Positions 1-9,400 of a DNA stretch of 64,000 bases are shown piece by piece (position 1 is the stretch's first letter; each line of letters opens with the position of its first letter). The notes under the pieces are model-generated. The model was given only the letters and a program-made list of their open reading frames with translations. It did not search any database and was not told where the DNA came from. The position numbers and the translations under genes are program-made. Source of the DNA: Bryobacteraceae bacterium (lineage in GTDB: Bacteria; Acidobacteriota; Terriglobia; Bryobacterales; Bryobacteraceae); NCBI GenBank assembly GCA_019748195.1, contig JAIEPW010000018.1:68204-132203 (forward strand), read 5' to 3'.

Positions 1-312
1 ACGCAGAAGCGGATCGCCACCGAGCACGCGCTGCTGGAGGACACCGGCAAGGGTGAAGGCGTGCGGACGCCCTCGGCGGAGAACGGACAGGGATTGCTGG
101 CGTCGCGCTTCGCGCTGTTGAGGATGGGTGCGGCGGGTGCAGCCGCCCTGACCCCTGAGAAGCGGGCGTTGCAGAACACCAAGGAAGATCTGGAAGAGCG
201 GATCGATCAGTTGAAATATCGCAAGGCGGCGATGGCGACCTCCGACTATCGCAAGCAACTGAACGCCCTGCTGGTGGAACTGGCGAAGGTGCAGGCGGAA
301 CTGGATAAATGA
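1..312 (+). CDS. C-terminal fragment of an upstream hypothetical protein (coiled-coil-like tail); 5' end lies outside the window
   Basis: Frame 1 is open from the window edge to TGA 310-312. G/C-rich third positions. Its stop overlaps the next ATG (ATGA at 309-312). Confidence 0.45.
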   Translation, partial: TQKRIATEHALLEDTGKGEGVRTPSAENGQGLLASRFALLRMGAAGAAALTPEKRALQNTKEDLEERIDQLKYRKAAMATSDYRKQLNALLVELAKVQAELDK

Positions 313-2480
313 AGCTGCTGGTTTTATTGCTGCTTGCTGTTTCCGCCTGGGCGGGTCCGGCCGAGGACTGCTGGGCGCAGCGCAAGCGCGGCCGGCTGGC
401 GGAGGCGGGGTCCTGCTTTCAAGGGCTGACGCGGTCGCCCGTGCCGTTGCTGCGCGCCGAAGGATTCTGGGGCTTGGGACGCTTCAGCGACGCGAACGAT
501 CAGTTCCGGGTGGCGGAGAAGATGGACCCCAAGAACGCTGCGGTGAAGGTCCGCTGGGGCAGGATGTTCGAGGAGCGGTATCAGCCGGCCGATGCCGCGA
601 AGCTGTTCGAGGAGGCGCTGGAGATTCGCAAGGACTATGCCCCGGCGTTGTTCGGCATGGCCCTGGTGGCGTCGAATTCGTTTGAAAGCAAGGCGGTGGA
701 GTTCGCGGGCAAGGCGCTGGAAGCCGATTCCAAGCTGGTGGAGGCGCAGGAACTGCTGGCATACCTGGCGCTGGAGGATTCGAATCCGGAGAAGGCGGTG
801 AAGGAAGCCGACAAGGCGATCGCGATGTCGCCCGAGGCCCTGGACGCGATGGCGGTGCGGGCGACCATCGACTGGTTGAATGACCAGCCGTCGAGCGAAT
901 GGATCGAGCGCATCCTGAAGTTCAATCCGCGGTATGGAAAAGCGTACGCGACGGCGGGCCATTTCTTCGTGATCAACCGGCGTTATGAAGAGGGCATCCG
1001 GTACTACCGCAAGGCGCTGGAGCTCGATCCGGAGCTGTGGGAAGCGCGCGCGGAACTTGGGGTGAACCTGATGCGGCTGGGCGAGGAGGAGGAAGCGCGC
1101 AAGCACCTGGAAATCGCCTACAACGCCGGTTACAAGAACGCGGCGACGGTGAACTCGCTGCGCCTGCTGGACAGCTACAAGAACTTCAAGACCTACAAGA
1201 CTCCGACCACGATCCTGCGGCTGCACAAGAAGGAAGACGAGATACTGGCGATTTACTTTCAGCAGGAACTGGATCGCGCGATGGCGGCGTTCCACAAGAA
1301 GTACAGGGTGAAACTGGGCGCGCCGGTGCAAGTGGAGGTTTACCCGGATCACGACGATTTCGCCGTGCGCACGATGGGGTTGCCGGGATTGGGCGCGCTG
1401 GGTGTGACGTTTGGGTACGTGGTGGCGATGGACTCGCCGAGCGGACGCAAGCCTGGATCGTTCCACTGGGCGTCCACTTTATGGCACGAACTCAGTCATG
1501 TGTACGTGCTGGCGGCGACCAAGCACCGGGTTCCACGCTGGTTTACCGAAGGCATGGCGGTGCATGAAGAGACGGCGGTTTCGCCGGACTGGGGCGATCG
1601 CCTGGATCCGACGGTGATCAAGGCGATTCAGGAGAAGAAGCTGCTGCCGGTGGCGGATCTGGATCGCGGATTCATCCGCCCGTCGTATCCGAATCAGGTG
1701 GTGGTGTCGTACTTCCAGGCGGGCAAGATCTGCGACTACATCGCCCAGAAATGGGGATACGATAGGCTTCTTCAGATGATGCAGGATTACGCGGACCGCA
1801 AGGCGACGCCGGATGTGATCCGGGGCCGCCTGGGCATGGAGCCCGCGGCATTCGACCGCGAGTTTCTGGCCTGGCTGGACGGCCAGGTAGGGGCCAGCGT
1901 AAAGGGATTCGCGGAGTGGTCCAAGCGCGTACGGGGGCTGAGCGAGCTGGCCAAGGCAAAGAAGCATGACGAGGTAATTCGCGAAGGTCTGGCGATCCGC
2001 GATCTGTATCCGGACTATGTCGAAGCCGGCAGCGTCTACGAATTTCTGAGCGAGGCATACCTGGCGAAGGGCGACAAGGCGGGGGCGATGCGGCAGTTGG
2101 CCGATTACTCGAAGCAAGGCGGACGGTCGCCGGCGACGATCCAGCAGTTGGCCGATTTGCAGATCGAAGCGGGAATGAAGAAGGAGGCGGCGGCGACGCT
2201 GGAGCGGTTGAACTACATTTACCCGCAGGATCCCGAGATGCACCGCAAGCTGGGAAGCTTGTATCTGGAGGCGGGCAACACCTCCGGAGCGGTCCGCGAG
2301 TATCGCGCGCTGGTGGGAATGAAGCCGCTGGACGCGGCGGGGGCCCATTTCGATCTGGCGCGGGCCTACCGCGCGGCGCGCAAGAATGAGGAAGCGCTGG
2401 AGCATGTGCTGCTGGCGCTGGAAGCGGCGCCGGGCTTCAAGCCGGCGCAGAAGTTACTGTTGGAGTTGAACGCCAAATAA
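309..2480 (+). CDS. Secreted TPR-repeat protein with an embedded HExxH zinc-metallopeptidase core (Peptidase_MA_2-like gluzincin)
   Basis: Signal-like N-terminus MKLLVLLLLAVSAWAG. TPR-like helical repeats on both sides. Central WHELSHVYV (HExxH) followed about 18 residues later by WFTEGMAVHEE (candidate third-ligand Glu). Confidence 0.7.
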   Translation: MKLLVLLLLAVSAWAGPAEDCWAQRKRGRLAEAGSCFQGLTRSPVPLLRAEGFWGLGRFSDANDQFRVAEKMDPKNAAVKVRWGRMFEERYQPADAAKLFEEALEIRKDYAPALFGMALVASNSFESKAVEFAGKALEADSKLVEAQELLAYLALEDSNPEKAVKEADKAIAMSPEALDAMAVRATIDWLNDQPSSEWIERILKFNPRYGKAYATAGHFFVINRRYEEGIRYYRKALELDPELWEARAELGVNLMRLGEEEEARKHLEIAYNAGYKNAATVNSLRLLDSYKNFKTYKTPTTILRLHKKEDEILAIYFQQELDRAMAAFHKKYRVKLGAPVQVEVYPDHDDFAVRTMGLPGLGALGVTFGYVVAMDSPSGRKPGSFHWASTLWHELSHVYVLAATKHRVPRWFTEGMAVHEETAVSPDWGDRLDPTVIKAIQEKKLLPVADLDRGFIRPSYPNQVVVSYFQAGKICDYIAQKWGYDRLLQMMQDYADRKATPDVIRGRLGMEPAAFDREFLAWLDGQVGASVKGFAEWSKRVRGLSELAKAKKHDEVIREGLAIRDLYPDYVEAGSVYEFLSEAYLAKGDKAGAMRQLADYSKQGGRSPATIQQLADLQIEAGMKKEAAATLERLNYIYPQDPEMHRKLGSLYLEAGNTSGAVREYRALVGMKPLDAAGAHFDLARAYRAARKNEEALEHVLLALEAAPGFKPAQKLLLELNAK

Positions 2481-2489
2481 GAAGGAATC

Positions 2490-3515
2490 ATGTCCACATC
2501 GCCCATTACATCGATCGATTCGGCGGAACTGAAGAGCCGTATTTCGCGGTTTCAGCAGGTGCAGGATCAGATCGTCCAGCAGGTTCGCAAAGTCATCGTC
2601 GGGCAGGAAGAAGTGCTCGACCAGGTGTTGATCGCCTTATTCGTGGGGGGGCACTGCCTGATCACGGGCCTGCCGGGCACGGCGAAAACGCTGCTGGTAA
2701 GAACCATGGCGCAGACCTTGGGCCTGAAGTTCCGCCGGATTCAGTTCACACCGGACCTGATGCCGTCCGACATCACGGGCACCGACATTATCGAAGAGGA
2801 TCCGGGAACGGGACGCCGGGTGTGGACATTCGTGCCCGGCCCGATTTTCTGCAACGTGTTGCTGGCCGATGAAATCAACCGCACGCCTCCCAAGACGCAG
2901 TCGGCGCTGCTCGAGGCGATGCAGGAATTCGGCTGCACGGTGCGCGGGCACAGCTATGCGATCGAGCGTCCGTTCTTTGTGCTGGCGACGCAGAACCCGA
3001 TTGAGCTGGAAGGCACGTATCCGCTGCCGGAAGCGCAGTTGGATCGCTTTCTGTTCAACACGCTGCTCGACTACCTGCCGGCGGATGAGGAATTGAAGGT
3101 GGTGAACATGACCACCACCACGCATAGCGAGCAGCCGTCGGCGGTGACCGACGCCGAGGAGATCATGAGTTTCCAGCAACTGGTGCGCATGGTGCCGATC
3201 GCGGATTCGGTGGCGCGCTACGCGGTGGACCTGGTGAGGGCGACGCGGGCCACCGATCCGGAAGCGTCCGATTACGTGAAGAAGTACGTGAACTTCGGCG
3301 CCAGCGTGCGGGGAGCGCAGTTCCTGGTGCTGGCGGCGAAGTGCCGGGCGCTGATGCGGCATCGCTACCATGTCAGCTACGAGGATGTCGCGGCGCTGCT
3401 GCGGCCGGTGCTGCGCCATCGCATTCTGCTCAACTTCCAGGCGGAATCCGACCGCCTGACGCCGGACGACATCCTGAAGCGGATTCTGGAGGTGAAGCCC
3501 GCGCCGCGCGCGTAG
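2490..3515 (+). CDS. MoxR-family AAA+ ATPase
   Basis: Walker A GLPGTAKT and Walker B LLADEINR. Length 341 aa. GAAGGA Shine-Dalgarno just upstream. Followed by a DUF58 gene. Confidence 0.9.
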   Translation: MSTSPITSIDSAELKSRISRFQQVQDQIVQQVRKVIVGQEEVLDQVLIALFVGGHCLITGLPGTAKTLLVRTMAQTLGLKFRRIQFTPDLMPSDITGTDIIEEDPGTGRRVWTFVPGPIFCNVLLADEINRTPPKTQSALLEAMQEFGCTVRGHSYAIERPFFVLATQNPIELEGTYPLPEAQLDRFLFNTLLDYLPADEELKVVNMTTTTHSEQPSAVTDAEEIMSFQQLVRMVPIADSVARYAVDLVRATRATDPEASDYVKKYVNFGASVRGAQFLVLAAKCRALMRHRYHVSYEDVAALLRPVLRHRILLNFQAESDRLTPDDILKRILEVKPAPRA

Positions 3516-3525
3516 GGCGGCCCCC

Positions 3526-4416
3526 ATGCTGTTGCAACGCTATCTGGAGCCTTCCGTGCTGGCCGGGATCTCCAACCTGGAGCTGGTGGCGAAGACGGTG
3601 GTGGACGGGTTCGTGGCGGGCCTGCACCGCTCGCCCGATTTCGGCTTCTCGCAGGAGTTCGCCGAGTACCGCATGTACTCGGAGGGCGACGACCTGCGGC
3701 ACGTGGACTGGAACGTGTTCGCGCGCACGGACCGCTGTTATCTGAAGCGGTATCGCGGGGAGACGAACTGCCAGTTGACGATGGTGCTGGACGCGAGCAA
3801 TTCGATGACGTACGGCTCGCAGCGGGTGAACAAGCTGGATTACGCGCGCTATCTGGCGGCGTCGCTCGCCTACATGGCGAGCCAGCAGCGGGACGCGGCG
3901 GGCTTGCTGATCTTCAACAACGACGTACGCAACTATGTCCCGCCCTCCACGCGGCAGGGGCAGTTGATGCGTATTCTTCATGCGATCGAGAAGGCGGAGC
4001 CGGGCGAGCGCACGGACTTCGCCAAGCCGTTCCGGCATGTGCAGGAGTTCCTGCACCGCCGCGGGATCGTGGTGGTGTTTTCCGATTTCTGGGAGCGGGC
4101 GGCGACGATTATCGAGACGGTGGCGCCGCTGCGCTACCGCGGCAATGAGCTGGTGCTGTTCCACGTTCTGGATCCGATGGAACTGCGGCCCAAGCTGGAC
4201 GAGCCGGTGCTGCTGGAGGATCTGGAAACACGGGACACCCTGGAGGTGACTCCCGACTACGCGGCCAAGGAGTACCGGGAGAAGATCGACGCGCATGTCG
4301 AAGACCTGAGATATCGCGCCAAGGGCGCGGGCATCGACTATTGCCTGGTGGATACCGGGCAGCCCTTGGATGAGCCTTTGCGGAACTACCTGGGCGTGCG
4401 GAAGGGGAGGTTTTAG
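3526..4416 (+). CDS. DUF58 (vWA-like) protein, the usual MoxR partner
   Basis: DLRHVDWNVFARTDRCYLKRY motif characteristic of DUF58. MVLDASNSM MIDAS-like start. Begins 10 nt after the MoxR stop. Confidence 0.85.
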   Translation: MLLQRYLEPSVLAGISNLELVAKTVVDGFVAGLHRSPDFGFSQEFAEYRMYSEGDDLRHVDWNVFARTDRCYLKRYRGETNCQLTMVLDASNSMTYGSQRVNKLDYARYLAASLAYMASQQRDAAGLLIFNNDVRNYVPPSTRQGQLMRILHAIEKAEPGERTDFAKPFRHVQEFLHRRGIVVVFSDFWERAATIIETVAPLRYRGNELVLFHVLDPMELRPKLDEPVLLEDLETRDTLEVTPDYAAKEYREKIDAHVEDLRYRAKGAGIDYCLVDTGQPLDEPLRNYLGVRKGRF

Positions 4417-4421
4417 GCAGA

Positions 4422-6449
4422 GTGGGATTCCTGGCGCCATGGTTTCTGGCGGGATTGGCGGCCCTGGGGCTGCCGTTGTGGATCCACCTTTTGCGGCAGC
4501 ATCGCACCGTGCCGCGGCCGTTCAGCTCGCTGATGTTTTTCGAGCGGCGGACGCAAAGCTCGGTGAAGCACCGGCGGTTGAAGTACAAGAGGCTGCTTCT
4601 GTTGCGGCTGCTGTTGCTGCTGCTGCTGGCGCTGGCGTTCGCGAGCCCGTACCTGCTGCGCAGCATCGCGGGAATGGCCCAGAAGAGGACCGTGGTGATC
4701 GCGGTGGACCGCTCCTTCAGCATGCGCTACGGCGACGATTTCGACCGCGCCAAGCGCGAAGCGCTGGCCCGGTTGGCCAAGGTTCCGCAGGGAACGCCGG
4801 TGCAGGCCGTGGCGCTGGCGGGCGGCGTCGAAGTACTGTCGCAGCCGGCGGTTGATGCGGGGGAGGCGAGGGCGGCGATCGCCGGGCTGAAGGTATCCGA
4901 CGGGCGGGCGCCGTACGGCGAGTTCGCGCGGTACCTGCGAACGCTGTCGGAATCGACGAAGCTCCCGGTGGAAGCGCACCTGTTCACGGACGCGCAGAAG
5001 ACGGCGATGCCGGCGGGTTTCGCCGATCTCCGGCTGCCGAGCGACGCGACTTTTGAACTGCACGCCGCGGGCGCGCGGGAGCGGCCCAACTACTATGTGG
5101 AAAGCGTTTCGGCGCCGAAGCGGATCTACGATCCGAAGCGGGTTCGCATCCAGGCCACCGTTACCGCCTCGGCGGCGCCGAAGGCCGTGCGCGAGGTCCG
5201 GCTGCTGCTGAACGGCAAGGTGGCGCAAACGCGGCAGGTGGAGGTGCCGGAGCGGGGACGCGCCGTGGTGGAGTTTGCCGGTTTGGATGCGCCGTACGGG
5301 TGGTCGAAGGGCGAGGTGGCGATCGACTCCGCGGACAAGCTGGGCGCCGATGACCGTTTCCTGTTCAGTATCGAGCGGACCGATCCGCGCAAGGTTTTGT
5401 TTCTGCATTCGCCGCGCGACTCGCGATCGCCGTTGTACTTCCGCACGGCGCTGGAGTCGTCGAGCGAAGGGGCGTTCCAGATGGAAGCCCGGACCACGGA
5501 CCAGGCGGATGGCGTCGCGCTGGCAAACTACGCGATGGCGGTGCTATCGGACGCGGCTGGGTTGAGCGCGGGCGCGGAGAAGGCGATCGCGAGGTGGGTC
5601 AGCGGCGGAGGAAACGTTTTGGTGACGTTGGGACCCGCGAGCTCGGCCCTGGCGAAGGCGCCGGTTTCCGGCGAGACGCTGGGCGGCTCCCGCTATGCGT
5701 CGCGGTCCGGCGAGCGGTTCTTTGCCGCGGCGCAGGTGGACCAGGCGCATCCGGCGACGCAGAAGCTGGGGCAGATGGAGGGCGTCAAGTTCTACCAGGC
5801 GGTGGCGGTGGAGCCGGGAAACGCGCGGGTCATCGCGCGGCTTTCGGATCAAGGCCCGCTGCTTCTGGAGAAAACCTCGGGCGAAGGCCGCATCCTGCTG
5901 CTGGCCACGACGTTCGACAACGTAGCCAACGACTTTCCGCTGCATCCGGGATTTGTTCCGTTCATCGAGCAATTGAGCCGTTACCTGTCGCGGATGGACG
6001 GCGCGGTCTCCAACGTGGCGGTGGACAGCTTCATCGAACTGCGGCGCGACAGCGAATCGCAGGGGACCGCGGAAGTCATCGACCCGGACGGGAAGCGCAT
6101 TCTATCGCTGGAGCAGGCCGCCAAGGCTTCCGGCTTCCCGGCGGATCGCGAAGGGTATTTCGATCTGCGTCGCGCCGATGGCCGGCGCGAGACGGTGGCG
6201 GTGCACGCCGACCGCCGGGAATCGGACTTGACTTCGGTGGCGCAGGAGACGCTGGCGCTGTGGCAGAACGCGCCGGGACAAACGAACGCGGCCGCGGCGG
6301 CGGAGTCGACTTCGAAGCCCTGGAGCCCGTGGTGGTACCTGCTGTTGCTGCTGGCGGTGATATCGGCCGGGGAGTTCTTCCTGGCCAACCGCTATCTTTC
6401 CACCGATATTGATGCGAGTGAGGCTTCTCCCCAGAAGGAGGCGGCATGA
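4422..6449 (+). CDS. BatA-like membrane protein (N-terminal double-TM aerotolerance-regulator domain, vWA-like segment, C-terminal TM anchor)
   Basis: GTG start 5 nt after the DUF58 stop. N-terminus MGFLAPWFLAGLAALGLPLWIHLL. AVDRSFSM (DxSxS). C-terminal hydrophobic helix WWYLLLLLAVISAGEFFL. Confidence 0.7.
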   Translation: MGFLAPWFLAGLAALGLPLWIHLLRQHRTVPRPFSSLMFFERRTQSSVKHRRLKYKRLLLLRLLLLLLLALAFASPYLLRSIAGMAQKRTVVIAVDRSFSMRYGDDFDRAKREALARLAKVPQGTPVQAVALAGGVEVLSQPAVDAGEARAAIAGLKVSDGRAPYGEFARYLRTLSESTKLPVEAHLFTDAQKTAMPAGFADLRLPSDATFELHAAGARERPNYYVESVSAPKRIYDPKRVRIQATVTASAAPKAVREVRLLLNGKVAQTRQVEVPERGRAVVEFAGLDAPYGWSKGEVAIDSADKLGADDRFLFSIERTDPRKVLFLHSPRDSRSPLYFRTALESSSEGAFQMEARTTDQADGVALANYAMAVLSDAAGLSAGAEKAIARWVSGGGNVLVTLGPASSALAKAPVSGETLGGSRYASRSGERFFAAAQVDQAHPATQKLGQMEGVKFYQAVAVEPGNARVIARLSDQGPLLLEKTSGEGRILLLATTFDNVANDFPLHPGFVPFIEQLSRYLSRMDGAVSNVAVDSFIELRRDSESQGTAEVIDPDGKRILSLEQAAKASGFPADREGYFDLRRADGRRETVAVHADRRESDLTSVAQETLALWQNAPGQTNAAAAAESTSKPWSPWWYLLLLLAVISAGEFFLANRYLSTDIDASEASPQKEAA

Positions 6450-9400
6450 ATCCGCTGGACCAGTTGAATCGTTACTTGGGCCGTCTGGAATCGCGGCTGC
6501 GGTGGGCGGCGGTGTCGCGAGGCGCGGCGCTGGCGGCGGGCACGGCCCTGCTGATCACGGTGACGCTGGTCCTGATCACGAATGCGTTCGCGTTCTCCGA
6601 GCGGAGCCTGTTCTGGGCGAGAGTGACGCTGTTCGTCGCGGTGGCGGCGGCGGTGGGATTCGGATTGCTGTGGCCGCTGATGACGCTGAACCGGCGGAGG
6701 GCGGCGCGGCGCGCCGAATCGTTGTATCCCGAGTTCCAGGAACGCCTGCTGACGTACGTGGAACGTGGTGAAACGCAGGATCCGTTCGTGGAGTTGCTGG
6801 CCTCCGACGCGGCGGGGATCGCGGGGCGGAGCGAGCCGGCGAAGCTCGCGCCGGCCGGACGGCTGCTGGCGTTGGCGGGCTCGGCGGCGTTCGCCGCGGC
6901 GGTGCTGCTGTGGCTGATTCTGGCGGGGCCGGGCTATTTCGGATACGGCGCCGCACGGTTGTGGGCGGGGACGCCGCGCATCGGCGCGGCCGATTTCTAT
7001 CAGGTTTTAGTCGAACCGGGGGACAAGGTGGTGCGCCGCCGCTCCGACCTGACGGTGACGGCGCGGCTGGTGGGTTTTGAAGCGCCGCGGGTCCGGCTGA
7101 TGGCCAAGTATCGCGGATCGACGAAGTGGGAAGAAGCGAACATGGCGCCGCAACCCTCGTCGGCGGCGGCTTATGAGTTTGTGTTTCCGGCGCTGCCCGA
7201 ATCGGTGGAGTATTACGTGGACGCGGGAGGCGTGCAGTCCAAGCACTTCAACGTCACCGTGGTCGACCTGCCGCGGGTGAAGCGGATGAAGGTCCGCTAC
7301 GACTTCCCTTCGTGGCTGGGCATGGCGAGCGTGACCGAAGATCCCGGCGGCGATTTGCGGGCTGTGGCGGGCACGGTGGCGGAGCTGACCATCGAATTCG
7401 ACCGTCCGCTGGCGCTCGGCTCGGTAGTGCTCGACGACGGGAAGAAGATCGAGCTGGCCGGCAACGGAACGCGCATGATGGCGCGCGTGCCGGTGGAGAA
7501 GGACGGCATGTACCACCTGGCGGCGGTGGAGCAAGGGCAATCCGTGCGGCTGACCGAGGATTATTTCATCGAGGCGCGGCAGGATCGCGAGCCGTTGTTG
7601 AAGATCGCGCGGCCCGGGCGGGACGCGAAGGTCAGCCCGATCGAGGAAGTAGTGGTGGAAGTGGAAGCGGAGGACGACTTCGCTCTGCGCGACGTCACCT
7701 TGCACTATTCGGTGAACGGGACCGCGGAGAAGGCGGTGAAGCTCGGCGGCGGGGGGAAGACGGCGCAGGGGCGGACGATGCTCGCGCTGGAGGAATTCCA
7801 GCTCGTGCCCGGCGACGTGGTGAGCCTGTACGCGACCGCCAAGGATGCCCGCAACACGGCGCGGACCGACATGTACTTCCTGGAAGCGCAGCCGTTTGAG
7901 AAGGAGTATTCGCAGGCGCAGCAGCAGGGGGGCGGCGGAGGCGGCGGCGAAGAGGACTCGGCGCAGATTTCGCGGCGGCAGAAGGAGATTATCGTCGCGA
8001 CATCGAATGAGCTGCGGTCGAAAGACACGCGCGGCGCGGCGGAGAACGCGAAGTTCCTGGGCGATATGCAAGCCAAGCTTCGCGATCAGGCGCGGACGCT
8101 GGCGCAGCGCGCCAAGGCTCGCCAGCTTTCGGGCACCAATCAGGAATTCCAGACGTTCGTGAAGGAGATGGAGGCGGCGGCCGCCTCGATGGATCAGGCG
8201 GCGCCGAAGCTGCAATCGCGGGCGTGGAAGGAGGCGCTGGCGCCGGAGCAGCAGGCGCTGCAACATCTGCTGCGGGCCGAAGCGGTATTCCGCCAGATTC
8301 AGGTGGCGTTCGGGCAGCAGCAGGGCGGCGGGGGCGGCGCGGCTCGCGACCTGGACAACCTGTTCGACCTGGAACTCGACAAGGAAAAGAACCAGTTCGA
8401 GACCGGCCAGCAATCCTCGGCCGAACAGAAGCAGAAGGAAGTAGACGAGGCGCTGGAGAAGCTGGGCCAACTCGCGAGGCGGCAGCAGGAGCTCGCCGAT
8501 CAGCAGAAGAAGAATAATCAGCAGGGTTTTGAGCAGCGCTGGCAGCAGGAGATGCTGCGCCGCGAAGCGGAGGAGCTGCAGCGGCAGATGGAGAAGCTGC
8601 AGCGCTCCCAGCAGGCGGGATCGCAGCAGCAGCAGGGGCAGCAGCAGGGGCAGCAGCAGCAGGGGCAGCAGCAGCAGGGGCAGCAGCAGCAGGGGCAGCA
8701 AGGGCAGCAGCAGGGCCAACCGTCGCAGTCCGGTCAACAATCCGGCCAGCAGCAGTCCGCGTCAGACCGGCGGTTGCAGGAAGCGTTCGACCGGTTGCGC
8801 CAGGCCACCGACGACATGCGGCGGGCGTCACAGTCGGGGCAGGAGAGTTCGCAAAGCGATGCCGCCTCGCGGCGGGCGGCGGAGCGGCTGAACGAAGCGG
8901 CGGACCTGATGGGCGGGATGCGCCGCCAGCAGGCGTCGGAGCAGATGGACCGGATTCAGCAGCGCGCGGCCCAGCTCGCCGAACAGCAGAAGGATTTCGC
9001 CAACCGGCTTCGCCAAGCGTACGGCGATGCGTTCGATCCCAACAACCGCCAGCCGCGCCTGGGGCGCAGCCGGGAGGAGGCGGAGAAGTTCGCGCAGGAA
9101 AAGGACCGGATGAAGGCGGAGCTGGATCGCCTGGAAAAGGACATGCAGAGCGCCGCCCGCGATTTCGCCGGCAGCCAGCCGAAGGCCTCGGCCCGGCTGC
9201 GGGAAGCGCTGGGCGAATTGCAGCAGCGCGAGCTGCGGCTGCGCATGGAGTTCAACTCGCAGGCCATCCGCCGGGGTCAGGGCTCCTACGTTGTGCCGCG
9301 CGAGGCGCCGGTTACCGAGGGGCTGGAGGCGATCCGCGATCAGGCCCGCCAGGCGCGTCAGGCGCTGGATGAAAATGCGGCGCAGCAGAGCGGCAAGGAT

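Noticed and set aside
324-1466. Long ORFs antisense or out of frame to recognisable genes. Examples: 324-1466(-), 1479-2405(-), 2637-3527(-), 3430-4440(-), 4413-5408(-), 7007-8740(-), 8828-9760(-), 11773-12948(+), 11804-12868(-), 13671-15896(-), 14918-16690(+), 20084-22462(+), 23491-25107(+), 25335-27023(+), 27470-29872(+), 35016-36752(+), 43065-44738(-), 44772-46229(-), 47893-49086(-), 48843-50195(+), 52051-53028(+), 56407-57468(-), 58007-59617(-), 59901-61004(-).
   Set aside because: Their translations are Arg/Pro/Gly/Ala-rich low-information strings with no motifs. Each fully overlaps a gene with clear family signatures. Long stop-free shadow frames are expected in high-GC DNA.
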